Positions 29,435 through 39,440 of a DNA stretch of 64,000 nt are shown here, piece after piece. How positions within the stretch are numbered: the first letter of the stretch is position 1; every line of letters starts with the position of its first letter. Source of the DNA: an uncultured delta proteobacterium (lineage in GTDB: Bacteria; Desulfobacterota; Binatia; UBA9968); NCBI GenBank assembly GCA_963745835.1, contig CAVUZH010000015.1:96001-160000 (forward strand), read 5' to 3'. Under the pieces are notes generated by a model. That model was not told the DNA's origin, ran no database searches, and worked only from the letters and a program-made list of their open reading frames with translations. Both the position numbers and the translations under genes were made by a program.

Positions 29435-30247
29435 TTAGCCGGCCGCCCGCTTCGTGATGGCTCCTTTGGCGCCCTCATAGATCTTGTATGCTTCTTTGAC
29501 CGAAACGTTGTCATGTACGATCGCCCGCACCGCTTGGATCATTCCCACCGGGCAATCGGACTGAAAAATATTTCGCCCCATGTCGACCCCAACGGCGCCG
29601 CCCTTAACCGAATTGTAGGTTAGTTCCAAAGCTTCAAGCTCTGGCGTCTTTTTGCCACCAGCTACGATCACTGGGATTGGGCAGCTCTCGATTAACTGCT
29701 CGAATTCGTCACAGTAATAGGTTTTGACGATGTGAGCGCCAAGCTCCGCGGCAATGCGGCAGGCCAAGCTTAAGTAGCGAACATCACGCGCCATGTCCTT
29801 GCCCACTGCCGTTACTGCGAGCACCGGAATGCCAAACTTCTCTCCCTCATCCACCAGTTTGGCCAGACTCACCAGCGTCTCCTTCTCGAACTCCGATCCG
29901 ACGAAGATCGAAAGCGCCATCGCCGATACGTTGAGACGAATGCAATCGTCGATTGAAACCGTGATATCTTCGTTGGAAAGTTCTTTAAGGATGCTAGCGC
30001 CGCCGGAAACCCGGAGAACAACAGGCTTGTCGAAGTTCGGATCGACGGACGTTCTTAGCACACCACGAGTCAGCATGATCGAGTCGGCATATGGCATGAG
30101 CGGTTCAATTGTTTGCCGCGGATCTTCCAAGCCGCTGGTAGGACCGAGAAAGTAACCATGGTCTACGGCGAGCATAACCGCCCGCTTATCCGCCGGCTTG
30201 ATGATTCGAGCTAATCGATTCTCCATTCCCCAATTCATAGATCTCAT
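29435..30247 (-). CDS. lsrF: LsrF-like thiolase / class I aldolase
   Basis: MNWGMENRL, MLAVDHGYFLGP, VKTYY, AGGKK, GVDMGRNIFQ. Confidence 0.88.
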   Translation of the reverse strand: MRSMNWGMENRLARIIKPADKRAVMLAVDHGYFLGPTSGLEDPRQTIEPLMPYADSIMLTRGVLRTSVDPNFDKPVVLRVSGGASILKELSNEDITVSIDDCIRLNVSAMALSIFVGSEFEKETLVSLAKLVDEGEKFGIPVLAVTAVGKDMARDVRYLSLACRIAAELGAHIVKTYYCDEFEQLIESCPIPVIVAGGKKTPELEALELTYNSVKGGAVGVDMGRNIFQSDCPVGMIQAVRAIVHDNVSVKEAYKIYEGAKGAITKRAAG

Positions 30248-30333
30248 CCTCCTTGCGTCAGAGTGTAAAGTTAAGCAACCGTATCACAGAACGATTTCGG
30301 ATCTAAGCCAGCCCCGTCAAAAACTTTGACCGG

Positions 30334-31197
30334 TTAACGTGATCTACTTAGAAGCGGACCCAGGTAACGCACTGCCAGCGCGGCGAGAATCATGGCACCC
30401 CCGACGAGGGTGGCGAACGACGGAATTTCCCCAACGGTCAGCGCCACCCAGACAGGGTTCAGTACGGGTTCAATCAATGCGATCAGCGCCGCCTCCTGCA
30501 GTGGAATTGTCCGCAACCCTCTGGAAAAAAGAAAGTAGGGCAATCCCAGCTGCACAGCTCCCATAATCGCCACGATCAGAAGTTGATCGGTTGAAAGCGC
30601 CAACGGCTGTTTCACGAACGGCAAGATCAGCAGCGCGCAGACGAGATTGTTCAACCAGGTCAGATAAGTTGCGCTGAACTCTTTTACTCGCTGCAGATTT
30701 ACCATGTAAATGGCGAACAGAACGCCGCTCAAGAGAGCCAGCAGAACCCCGGACATCTCGGGCTGGCCGGCGTTATCGAATGAAATAAATCCGACGCCGA
30801 TCATGCTAACCGCCAATGCCAGGGCATTGGGATTCGAAATCTTTTCGCCCAGCACCAAACGAGAAAATATATAAACCAGAACTGGAGCCGTGTACTGCAG
30901 AACGATGGCATTGGCAGCCGTCGTCAGCTTATTTGCGGACACAAAGGCGGTAATCGCGGCCGTATAGCTGATCACTGAAACGATGATTGGCGCGTTGAAC
31001 CGAAATTCCGAGGACTTTAGAAAGGGGACGAAAACAAGTGACGCAAAGAAACTCCGGTAGAAAACAATTGTCAATGGGTGGATCTCGAGGAGCTTGATGA
31101 AAACCCCTGCCAGACTCCAGAGCAACGCGGCCAGAAAAATCAGAAGCCGGCCACGATCTAGGTCGCGCTTGGAGCCTGTGGCCGTCGAAATCCCCAT
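30334..31197 (-). CDS. DMT/EamA family transporter
   Basis: ~10 TM segments, ANAIVLQYTAP, LIEPVLNPVW..GE; start uncertain. Confidence 0.88.
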   Translation of the reverse strand: MGISTATGSKRDLDRGRLLIFLAALLWSLAGVFIKLLEIHPLTIVFYRSFFASLVFVPFLKSSEFRFNAPIIVSVISYTAAITAFVSANKLTTAANAIVLQYTAPVLVYIFSRLVLGEKISNPNALALAVSMIGVGFISFDNAGQPEMSGVLLALLSGVLFAIYMVNLQRVKEFSATYLTWLNNLVCALLILPFVKQPLALSTDQLLIVAIMGAVQLGLPYFLFSRGLRTIPLQEAALIALIEPVLNPVWVALTVGEIPSFATLVGGAMILAALAVRYLGPLLSRSR

Positions 31198-31337
31198 CTT
31201 CAGCCGTGAATCCAAGTCGCGGGCTAGCGTTGCGGCTGAAGATCTCAACAACTCAGATGGGATTGATGTGACCGGCTAAAAAACCAGGTGCGCACGATGT
31301 CATCGCGTATCAGCTCGAGCTCGGTTGCCCACACCGA

Positions 31338-31784
31338 CTATTCTTCCGGTATGACGGATACTTTCAGCGGCACTGTAAGATCGGCGGACATACGGATGGG
31401 CACCTCATAGTCGCCGGCGACCTTGATCGGCTCTTCCAATTGGATCTTGCGTCGGTCGACGATTAGTCCTTGCGCCTTCAAAGCTTTTTCAATCTGTATA
31501 TTGGTCACCGAACCGAAGAGCTTCCCTTCCTCCCCGACTCGCATGCGAATGGTCAGTGAAACGGCGCTAATGCTCTGTCCCACCGACTGCGCCTCCCTTG
31601 TGATCTTTTGTTTTTGATCAGCGACAACTTTCTTGTGATGCTCGAATGTCTTCAGATTTTTCTTGTTGGCCAGTAAAACGAGGCCGCGAGGCAGAAGGTA
31701 ATTTCTCGCATAGCCGTCACGAACACGCACCACTTCACCGATTTTGCCGACATTGGCGACGTCTTCTTTTAAGATGACTTCCAT
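31338..31784 (-). CDS. rplI: 50S ribosomal protein L9
   Basis: MEVILKEDV..GYARNYLLPRG, KLFGSVT. Confidence 0.98.
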   Translation of the reverse strand: MEVILKEDVANVGKIGEVVRVRDGYARNYLLPRGLVLLANKKNLKTFEHHKKVVADQKQKITREAQSVGQSISAVSLTIRMRVGEEGKLFGSVTNIQIEKALKAQGLIVDRRKIQLEEPIKVAGDYEVPIRMSADLTVPLKVSVIPEE

Positions 31785-31793
31785 ATCCCTCCC

Positions 31794-32747
31794 TTACGAG
31801 GCCTGACTTGGCTTTAAATCCTGCTTTCTCAACCGGCGAAAATCAACCCACAAGTCGAATAACCCAAGTCCGACGACTAATAATGTGAATATCTGCTGAA
31901 AAACGATAAACAAATAAACCACCCCGCGAACAAATCGGGGCACATTATTTTTGTTGAAATAAAACGCGATAATTGACAGTCCCTGGAAGAAGTAGCATGC
32001 GCCAAAAACCAGCAGAAAATTGGCTGCGAGCGTCTTAACCGATTCCAATCCGGGGATAAATATAATGAAGCCAGAAACGATCACACCCCAAACCAGAAAA
32101 TCAGGCGCTTTCCACTCTCGCAGGCTGACGAGCGTCAGCCAATGCGGACTTTTCTCAGGGAATCGACGGCATAACAAAACCACGTTGAATAACACTACTA
32201 GACCGAGACTGACGAAAGCTGCCGCCGGGAGAAGCTGGAGAATCGTCCCGGCGATCTCGGGAGCGCGTTCCTTCAGAACCGCAATGCTTTCCGGTGGGAA
32301 CCCCATTTTGTCATGCATCTCAATAGCAGACATGAGGCTACTATTGAGGCTTTGACTCACATCGTGAAAGATCGCTTGCCAGGAGCCATATAGAATAAAT
32401 AACAAAGCGCTGAAGGCGGTAAACACCAAGGCCGCGGTTGAAAAGATTAACGTTTCGAGTACTCGGATGCGGCCGAGAAAGAAAAACAATAACCCGATCA
32501 GCAGAACGAACATTGAAAAAACATACCCGAGTTGCTCTCCGCCCCATAACAGCAGAATCGCCAGAGCAAGGACTGCGACGCTCACCCCTCGCATAAGACC
32601 ATACTTTATCCCGAACCAGAGTACCGGCTGCGGCACTAGTGGGAAGAGCGCGAAGGCGAACGGTGGAGCTGTCACGCCGCCTAAGAAAAGCATTACCGTG
32701 GAAGCTGTAGCTAAGAAAAACCTGGCAATGATCTCCAGCCGCTGCAT
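31794..32747 (-). CDS. YybS/DUF2232 membrane protein
   Basis: Hydrophobic; YFFQGLS, GLFDLWVDFRR; canonical position between rpsR and rplI. Confidence 0.88.
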   Translation of the reverse strand: MQRLEIIARFFLATASTVMLFLGGVTAPPFAFALFPLVPQPVLWFGIKYGLMRGVSVAVLALAILLLWGGEQLGYVFSMFVLLIGLLFFFLGRIRVLETLIFSTAALVFTAFSALLFILYGSWQAIFHDVSQSLNSSLMSAIEMHDKMGFPPESIAVLKERAPEIAGTILQLLPAAAFVSLGLVVLFNVVLLCRRFPEKSPHWLTLVSLREWKAPDFLVWGVIVSGFIIFIPGLESVKTLAANFLLVFGACYFFQGLSIIAFYFNKNNVPRFVRGVVYLFIVFQQIFTLLVVGLGLFDLWVDFRRLRKQDLKPSQAS

Positions 32748-32765
32748 CGAATTAGAATCGTTTTC

Positions 32766-33062
32766 TTAGCTTTTTGCTGTCGTAAACGGCAGCAACGCGA
32801 CACTGCGTGCTCGCTTGATTGCGGTTGTTAGCAATCTCTGGTGACGAGCACAGTTTCCAGTTATGCGGCTGGGAGTCATTTTCCCGCGTTCCGTTACAAA
32901 GGAAGCAATGGTCCGAACATCCTTATAGTCAATTCTGAGTGTCTTGTCCGCACAGAAGCGACATACTTTTCGCCGAAACATCGGCCGCCGACGTGAACCA
33001 CCGCCTTTATCGTCATCCATGCGGTCGCGGTTGACTCTTGCGCCAGATTCCCTCTGAGCCAT
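32766..33062 (-). CDS. rpsR: 30S ribosomal protein S18
   Basis: [31 protein letters not shown]. Confidence 0.98.
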   Translation of the reverse strand: MAQRESGARVNRDRMDDDKGGGSRRRPMFRRKVCRFCADKTLRIDYKDVRTIASFVTERGKMTPSRITGNCARHQRLLTTAIKRARSVALLPFTTAKS

Positions 33063-33360
33063 AAGCTATTCTACCTCGTTCCTTATAGTTCTTAGTATTC
33101 CAACAATATGCTTCCGGTAGCCGCGGCAAGTAGAACTCGAGACGCCGCTACAACAGTCCAATTTTGCGTGTCAAACCACCTCGAGTAGCCTATCCGACGG
33201 CTTTCTTCATCAACTCTATTAGGTCTCAAGCTCCCCCGGGCGGCACTCATCAAGGATTGATCTCATTACAGGGCGGTCTCAATGAAGTTTGGCCTCGACA
33301 GATTATGGCTACAATACCATCACATTATATCCAGCCCACAGGACACTCGAGACCGATTCG

Positions 33361-33750
33361 TCATGCCGGAGAATCTGTCGTCGTCGCATCTGTCGCAGGC
33401 GGCGGCTTATCGCCCTGCTCCGGCCCGTCGACGGCAGGAGCTTGAGCGGCAGCCTGATTAGCTTCGTCATCGCGCACCGTTAAGTAACGTAAGATACCAT
33501 CTGTGAGCCGCAGATTGCGTTCTAATTCCGCCACCGCCCGTCCGGATGCGCGATACTGAAGCAAGGTATAATAGCCTTTCCCCTGTTTCTGAATGCGGTA
33601 TGCAAGATCTCGCAATCCCCATTCTTCGACTTGAGAGATGACTCCCTCTTGCCCCTCGATAACCTTTTTGAATCTTTCAATGAATTCTTTGAGCCGCGGT
33701 CCCTTTTCCGGATGGGCAATGAAAAGGGTTTCATAGTTTGTCACAGTCAT
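33361..33750 (-). CDS. rpsF: 30S ribosomal protein S6
   Basis: YETLFI, WGLRDLAYRI, ILRYLTV; start ATG 33750. Confidence 0.97.
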   Translation of the reverse strand: MTVTNYETLFIAHPEKGPRLKEFIERFKKVIEGQEGVISQVEEWGLRDLAYRIQKQGKGYYTLLQYRASGRAVAELERNLRLTDGILRYLTVRDDEANQAAAQAPAVDGPEQGDKPPPATDATTTDSPA

Positions 33751-33814
33751 ATTTCCCCTCAAATGATAAAGCTTCGTTTCCCGTTTAAGGATCGATGTAG
33801 CGTTAGCCGAACAC

Positions 33815-34381
33815 TTAGTCGACTCGGTTAAATTTTTCCATTGCGCGCTGCCCGCCTTCTTGAATAATGAACAATGCTGCTTTGGCGGCGCGGGCAACAA
33901 GCGCATCCAATTGGTCGACCTCCTCTGGAAAAAAGGGTTCCAATACAAAATCCGCTGGCTCAACGCCCTCTGGTGGCCGTCCGATCCCTACTCGAACGCG
34001 GTAGAATGGCGCCCCTGCCAGGCTTTCCATGATCGACATCGCGCCTCGATGACCAGCAGCACTACCCTTTTGTCGAACGCGTATGCGACCAAACGGTAAA
34101 TCCAATTCGTCGTATATAACGACCAGGTTTTCGGGTGAAGATCGAGTGTCTTTGAGCAGTGCTTTGACAGCCCGACCACTTAAATTCATGTAAGTCTGAG
34201 GCTTGGCAAGTAATATCCGTTCACCCATAACGATCAACTCACCTACCAGTGAATCACAAGCTCTTTTCTTGATCGCAACCCTATTCTGTTCAGCTATATC
34301 ATCGACGACGCGAAACCCTATATTATGTCGGGTTTGATCGTACTTCCTACCCGGATTTCCCAGCCCAACTATCAACTTCAC
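33815..34381 (-). CDS. pth: peptidyl-tRNA hydrolase
   Basis: LIVGLGNPG..TRHNIGF, KPQTYMNLSG, RVGIGRP. Confidence 0.97.
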   Translation of the reverse strand: MKLIVGLGNPGRKYDQTRHNIGFRVVDDIAEQNRVAIKKRACDSLVGELIVMGERILLAKPQTYMNLSGRAVKALLKDTRSSPENLVVIYDELDLPFGRIRVRQKGSAAGHRGAMSIMESLAGAPFYRVRVGIGRPPEGVEPADFVLEPFFPEEVDQLDALVARAAKAALFIIQEGGQRAMEKFNRVD

Positions 34382-34419
34382 ACGTCGGTTCTAATCCGTG
34401 AAAATCTTCCAGGTAGCAA

Positions 34420-35061
34420 TTAGGCCTCTTCCTTTTTTTCCTCCGGAGATGCTACCGGCGCCACTTCCGCTGTCGCAGCAGCCGCGGTCGGCTCCTCCTC
34501 CACAGTGGGTGTCGCGACGGTTACTAGGGCAAAATTTGACTCGTAAACAGCCGTGACGCCCTCCGGCATCGGCAAATCTTCTATATGAACGGAATCTCCG
34601 ATATCCAGCCCACTGACGTCTACGTTGAAGAACTGAGGGATATCCAGCGGCAAACATTCCACTTGAATCTCGCGCACGATGGGTTGGAGTATCCCGCCTC
34701 GCACAACCCCTGCGCCCTTGCCGACGAAGTGAAGAGGCACACTGACTTCAATTCTTGCTGAGAGATCGACCTCATAGAAATCAGCGTGAATCACATCCCC
34801 GGTAATTGGGTGGTATTGCATCTCCTTCACCAAAGCGACTTTGTCAGCAAGCGCGCTGGAAGCCGATTTCAATCGAACTAAATGCGACCCCTCGAATCCG
34901 GCAACTCGACTCGAAAAGTCTTTCCGGTTTAGCTCCATTGCAAGTGGTTGAACTTTCGGTCCATAAAGCACCGCAGGGATCTTTCCTTCCCGCCGCAACC
35001 GCCGGGCTTGGTGCTTGCTTCCCGGTTCGCGGGCGTTGACTTCAATATCTAAAGTTTCCAA
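34420..35061 (-). CDS. rplY: 50S ribosomal protein L25/Ctc
   Basis: RRLRREGKIPAVLYG, HADFY, GVVRGG, LDIGDSVH. Confidence 0.96.
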   Translation of the reverse strand: METLDIEVNAREPGSKHQARRLRREGKIPAVLYGPKVQPLAMELNRKDFSSRVAGFEGSHLVRLKSASSALADKVALVKEMQYHPITGDVIHADFYEVDLSARIEVSVPLHFVGKGAGVVRGGILQPIVREIQVECLPLDIPQFFNVDVSGLDIGDSVHIEDLPMPEGVTAVYESNFALVTVATPTVEEEPTAAAATAEVAPVASPEEKKEEA

Positions 35062-35086
35062 GAAACTAACCTCCTGTTAGATCCGG

Positions 35087-36040
35087 CTACACAAATAAAG
35101 AACTAATGGATTCTTCCTCGTGCGTGCGCCGGATGGCTTCTCCGATGAGATGCGCGACAGATAGAACCTTCATCTTGCCGCAATGAGTTGCTTCAGATTG
35201 CAACGGAATAGTATTGGTAACGATTAGCTCCTCTAGGGCTGAATCCTGAATCCGCTGGATCGCCGGCCCGGAAAGAACCGCATGAGTGCAACAACCGATG
35301 ATTCTCTTGGCACCTTCTTTTTTCAGCGCTTCAGCGGCCATCGTTAATGTTCCAGCAGTATCCACCATATCATCGACTAAAATCGCGACCTGATCCTGCA
35401 CTTCGCCGATGATCTTCATTTCGGCGACTACATTGGGCCCTACTCGCCGCTTGTCGATAATAGCCAACGATGCGTCCAGTCGGGTTGCAATGGCCCGAGC
35501 CCGCTCAACGCCGCCCGCATCAGGAGAAATGATCGTCACTTCGTTGTGGTTCAGCTGCTTTTTAAGATGCTGGAGTAATACTGGCGTCGCATACAAATTA
35601 TCCACCGGAATGTCAAAAAAGCCTTGAATCTGGCCCGAGTGAAGATCCAATGTCAGCATTCGTGAGGCGCCCGCTGTTGTAATCAAGTCGGCCACCAGTT
35701 TAGCGCTGATTGGAACTCGAGGGAGCACTTTCCGATCTTGGCGCGCATAACCGTAGTAAGGCATCACGGCGGTGATACGCTTCGCCGAAGCTCTCTTGAA
35801 CGCATCCAGCATCAACAAGAGCTCCATTAAAAAATGATTTCCTGGCGCTGAAGTAGATTGCAAAACAAACACATCAGCGCCGCGCACATTCTCCTTAATC
35901 TCGACCTTGCTTTCGCCATCGCTGAAAGTTTCCACTGTCGCTTTTCCTAGCGGCACTGCCAGGTAATTACTAATTTCCCGGGCAAGTGGAGGATTGGAGT
36001 TTCCGGCAAAGATCTTTATGTCGGTATTCTGCTGGCTCAT
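35087..36040 (-). CDS. prs: ribose-phosphate pyrophosphokinase
   Basis: FSDGE, PYYGYARQDRK, DLHSGQIQGFF, SPDAGG, VDDMVDTAGT. Confidence 0.98.
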   Translation of the reverse strand: MSQQNTDIKIFAGNSNPPLAREISNYLAVPLGKATVETFSDGESKVEIKENVRGADVFVLQSTSAPGNHFLMELLLMLDAFKRASAKRITAVMPYYGYARQDRKVLPRVPISAKLVADLITTAGASRMLTLDLHSGQIQGFFDIPVDNLYATPVLLQHLKKQLNHNEVTIISPDAGGVERARAIATRLDASLAIIDKRRVGPNVVAEMKIIGEVQDQVAILVDDMVDTAGTLTMAAEALKKEGAKRIIGCCTHAVLSGPAIQRIQDSALEELIVTNTIPLQSEATHCGKMKVLSVAHLIGEAIRRTHEEESISSLFV

Positions 36041-36153
36041 AGTGATGAATTCCCATTTCCGCTTTTTACATACTTCCCCTACAACATCACTGACAATACA
36101 GCACCAACACAAGAGGCGTAGAGTAAAATGAAATTGTCTACTGCCAAAACGAA

Positions 36154-36181
36154 TTGCGCCGTTCGGCTATGAACGGCGCAA
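36154..36181 (-). terminator. hairpin/terminator downstream of tRNA-Gln
   Basis: TTGCGCCGTTC-ggctat-GAACGGCGCAA, followed by TTCGTTTT on minus strand. Confidence 0.65.
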
Positions 36182-36222
36182 CCTAAACTATGATAATCTG
36201 TTGATGATTACAAGATTAAGAC

Positions 36223-36296
36223 TGGCTGGGCGGGAAGGATTCGAACCTTCGATACCGGATCCAAAGTCCGGGGCCTTACCGCTTGGCGACCGCCCA
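36223..36296 (-). tRNA. tRNA-Gln (TTG)
   Basis: TGGGCGG..CCGGA-CTTTGGA-TCCGG..GTTCGAATC..CCGCCCAGCCA. Confidence 0.97.
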
Positions 36297-36346
36297 ATCC
36301 GCAAACTTCTCGAGAGAAGCTAATCCGGCTTGGGGCAGAGGATCAA

Positions 36347-36634
36347 CTAACCGTTTCCTAGAGCCCTCTGGCTCCCACCCTCCGCAGCAACTTTCTCATA
36401 TTCGGCGATTACTTTCTCCTCTAACATTCTACGTGTTTCGTTATTAATGGGATGCGCGATATCTTTATAGGTCCCATCTTTTCGTTTCTTACTGGGCATC
36501 GACACAAAGTATCCGGTCGTTCCTTTGATAATTTTTAAATCTCTGATCACAAAACAATGATCGAGAGTGATAGTTACGTAAGCCCTCAGCTTATCTTCGT
36601 CGACAGGAAAGACTCTTACTTCCGTAACCTGCAT
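36347..36634 (-). CDS. spoVG: SpoVG family nucleic-acid-binding protein
   Basis: MQVTEVRV, FVSMPSKK..YKDIAHPIN. Confidence 0.95.
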   Translation of the reverse strand: MQVTEVRVFPVDEDKLRAYVTITLDHCFVIRDLKIIKGTTGYFVSMPSKKRKDGTYKDIAHPINNETRRMLEEKVIAEYEKVAAEGGSQRALGNG

Positions 36635-36708
36635 CGAGACCTCCTCTTTTGACAGGTTAACCGACTTCCTGACTTTGCTCTGATTGGGCTTTGCCTATAT
36701 CGATCTCT

Positions 36709-37587
36709 TTAGATTAACAAACGCACTAGAAACGTATCTACCCCATCCTCCTTCTGCAATCGGGACAAAGCCCGTGCAGCGTTTCCTCTGGAATCAAATA
36801 GGCCAAAAACCGCAGAGCCACTACCCGACATTAGAGCTCCGGCTGCGCCCTCCGCAATCAATTCTCTTTTCAAAGATTTTATACGGGGATATCGAGCCAC
36901 AGTTACACTTTCCAAGTCATTAACTAGCAATCTTTGTTGACCAGATGACTTCCTAAGTGGTGAAATAATGCTAGTATTTGCCATAAGTTTTGTCAACTTA
37001 GCAGCGAATTTCCGGTATACCCAACTAGTCGCCACAGGAAATCCAGGGTAGACAATGATTGCCCATTCCCAGGGCAGAGATTTGATTGGCGTAAGACGTT
37101 CGCCGATACCTCTGGCGCGCGCAGGTCTACAATCGATGAAAAACGGAACATCAGCGCCTAGCCCATATGCTCGTTTCTTAAGCTGCCGTGTAGAGTAGTT
37201 GAGCCCAAAGAGAGAATTCATTGCAATGAGCGTCGCCGCCGCATCGGAACTGCCACCTCCCAATCCAGCCCCAAGGGGAATTCGTTTTTTGATGTGAATC
37301 TCTACTCTCTCCCGAATCGAGTTTTCTTCGATGATCAGGTTCGCGGCGCGGAAAACAATATTTCCTTCGTCGCTCGGCACCGCGGGATTATCACAGGTGA
37401 CAATCAACTTTGAACTGCTACTGCGCACCTCGCTGGCGGATTTAGTAATAATGTGGATCTCATCATACAGGGAAACCGGGACCATAATGGTGTCCAGCAG
37501 ATGATATCCATCATCTCGTTGGCCTACCACACGTAATCCCAGATTGATTTTTGCCGGAGCTCGAATCTTCACGCTTACCGGTAGCAT
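36709..37587 (-). CDS. ispE: 4-diphosphocytidyl-2-C-methyl-D-erythritol kinase
   Basis: APAKINLGL..DGYH, KRIPLGAGLGGGSSDAA, GADVPFF, MSGSGS. Confidence 0.96.
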   Translation of the reverse strand: MLPVSVKIRAPAKINLGLRVVGQRDDGYHLLDTIMVPVSLYDEIHIITKSASEVRSSSSKLIVTCDNPAVPSDEGNIVFRAANLIIEENSIRERVEIHIKKRIPLGAGLGGGSSDAAATLIAMNSLFGLNYSTRQLKKRAYGLGADVPFFIDCRPARARGIGERLTPIKSLPWEWAIIVYPGFPVATSWVYRKFAAKLTKLMANTSIISPLRKSSGQQRLLVNDLESVTVARYPRIKSLKRELIAEGAAGALMSGSGSAVFGLFDSRGNAARALSRLQKEDGVDTFLVRLLI

Positions 37588-37883
37588 AAGCAACTTGCGA
37601 TAGCTAAATATTATTTTTAGATGATTGCCCAATGCAAGGCAGCGCAAGCATGGGCGCAGTGGAGAAACTTAGAGAAGTTAAAATACGTCGACGTTTGTCG
37701 CCATCTCAATCACAGTCAATTCGGGCGGACAGCTAAACAGAGAGAGGCCGGCGAATTCGACCCTCGCTCAACCGATTAGATTGAACCGCTCGTGCTATGA
37801 GGACGCGTTTTGATGTCACACGCCATCGCAGCGAGCCATTCTCACATTGACTCTGACAACTCGCAGATGTAAGAGAATTGCAG

Positions 37884-37958
37884 GCGCCCGTAGTGAAAAG
37901 GACATCACGAGGGTCTCCGGAACCCTAAGTACAGGTTCGATTCCTGTCGGGCGCACCA
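37884..37958 (+). tRNA. tRNA-Arg (CCG)
   Basis: GCGCCCG..AGGGT-CTCCGGA-ACCCT..GTTCGATTC..CGGGCGCACCA. Confidence 0.96.
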
Positions 37959-38063
37959 GCTACGGTTGTGGGCTAAACTGGACGTGTGTTTGGCTATTGC
38001 GGCGCAAGCACGTCACGCATCACTGACATTAAGACGATTATCGTGGGCGTCGCACGGAAGGAT

Positions 38064-38794
38064 CTAGTTCAGCCCGGGAGTGAGATTACTATAGAGTTCC
38101 TGAAGTCCATCCAGTTGAGTTTTGATTTTGTCCCGAAGGGATGAGCGGAGCTCGGTTATTTCACCAAGGAGGCGCGTATTTTCCTCGCGCAAGCTCGTGA
38201 GTTTGTCTTCGAATTCGGATTGCTTCGCTTCCAAATCTTGTAGCGCGACGGATGCTCGAGCATTCGCCGCGTTCTCGATTTCGGATTTTGCCAGCTGTTC
38301 GGTTAGCTGTGCTTTTTCTTTCTGAAGATTCTCAACTTCATGTTCAAACGCGCGGAGTTTCGCTAGTTCCTGCTCGAGGGAAGCCATTTCACTCTCGCGA
38401 CTGCTCTGTTGACTGCTGAGTTCAGCTAATCGGCGCTGCAAAAGTGCATTGTCTGTTTCTAATTCGCCGATTCGTTGCGAACTACGCTCGGCACTTGCCT
38501 CCGCCTCCTGTAGATCCAAATGGTTAGCCGTAGCTTTTTGCGTGTAGTCAGCAACTTCGTTGAAGGCTTCAGCGTGCTCGCTTTTTAATGCTTCGATCTT
38601 TTGCTCTAGCTGCGCGGCGTGTTCGAACTGGAGGGTGGGCGAAGTACTTTCGTTGGGCTCATTAACTGCCGCCGGCGAAGGTGCTTCTTGAGTGCTTCAT
38701 CCTTGTCATGCTTCGCAGCAGGATCGGAGTTCCACAGATAGACGATGAGGGCCAGGAAGGCCACGCCACTGAAAACAGCGATCAATGTTTCCAT
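38064..38794 (-). CDS. membrane-anchored coiled-coil protein, apparently frameshifted near 38700
   Basis: TM start METLIAVFSGVAFLALIVYLW; second frame open from QEAPSPAAVNEPN through the heptad-rich 38064..38519 ORF. Confidence 0.6.
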
Positions 38795-38862
38795 TTGCAA
38801 TCGACCTATCCTAATTAGACGATGCTTGCATTCCAGTTCTAAGGTTTCGATTCGCGCCAAGA

Positions 38863-39030
38863 TCAAAGGATCGGGACTGCTGGAAAACGACATGCGATTT
38901 GCAGTTCAACCCGGCCGTCTCCCAAGTTTCCAAGTCTCTCGTTCCATGCAGTCAGAACCGAATACTTTCTTGTGCTCATCGAGTCGATTGCGCAGCGTAG
39001 AGCGTTTCCGACCTGGTTGACACGAGGCAT
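38863..39030 (-). CDS. putative 55-aa hypothetical protein (not in ORF track)
   Basis: AGGAGG RBS then MPRVNQVGNALRCAIDSMSTRKYSVLTAWNERLGNLGDGRVELQIACRFPAVPIL; no recognisable family. Confidence 0.3.
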   Translation of the reverse strand: MPRVNQVGNALRCAIDSMSTRKYSVLTAWNERLGNLGDGRVELQIACRFPAVPIL

Positions 39031-39154
39031 CAACGCCTCCTAGTCTCGCCTGGACCGAGCGCCCAAACGTTTATCTCACCTGACTAGGGGGGTAACAAAA
39101 TTCAGTCGAGCAACGCCGGCAGCATAATCTACTCCCCAGTCTGGGGACTCTGTG

Positions 39155-39376
39155 TCACTTTACAGCGGCTAGTCTGCTAACCTGATCGTCGGTATCGCTG
39201 TCCGACAGATTGATGGGCTTACTGGAGACTAATTCGAGTACATCGCTTCGGCTGAATCTCCAACTCCGCCCTATACGGTTACCGGGAATGACTCCCTTCT
39301 CCGCCAGCTTATAGACAGTCTTCAGGTGGATTTTCAGTAAATTTGCAACCTCAGAGGGGGTCATTATCTCTTCCAT
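39155..39376 (-). CDS. excisionase/BldC-like small HTH protein (HTH_17)
   Basis: AAGGAG RBS; MEEIMTPSEVANLLKIHLKTVYKLAEKGVIPGNRIGRSWRF. Confidence 0.9.
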   Translation of the reverse strand: MEEIMTPSEVANLLKIHLKTVYKLAEKGVIPGNRIGRSWRFSRSDVLELVSSKPINLSDSDTDDQVSRLAAVK

Positions 39377-39423
39377 CCGTAGTTCTCCTTCCGAATTTTT
39401 TCGCGAGTTCAGTAATGCCATGG

Positions 39424-39440
39424 AGCACAAGGCATGCCAG
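39424..39440 (-). promoter_or_regulatory. sigma54 -24/-12 promoter
   Basis: CTGGCATGCCTTGTGCT on minus strand, GG-N10-GC, about 50 bp upstream of ATG 39376. Confidence 0.6.

Noticed and set aside
33063-33360. Missing ssb between rpsF and rpsR
   Set aside because: rpsF-rpsR-DUF2232-rplI without ssb is known in deltaproteobacterial lineages; no ssb remnant seen
36347-36634. spoVG as evidence of sporulation
   Set aside because: SpoVG is a general nucleic-acid-binding protein often found beside ispE/prs in non-sporulators
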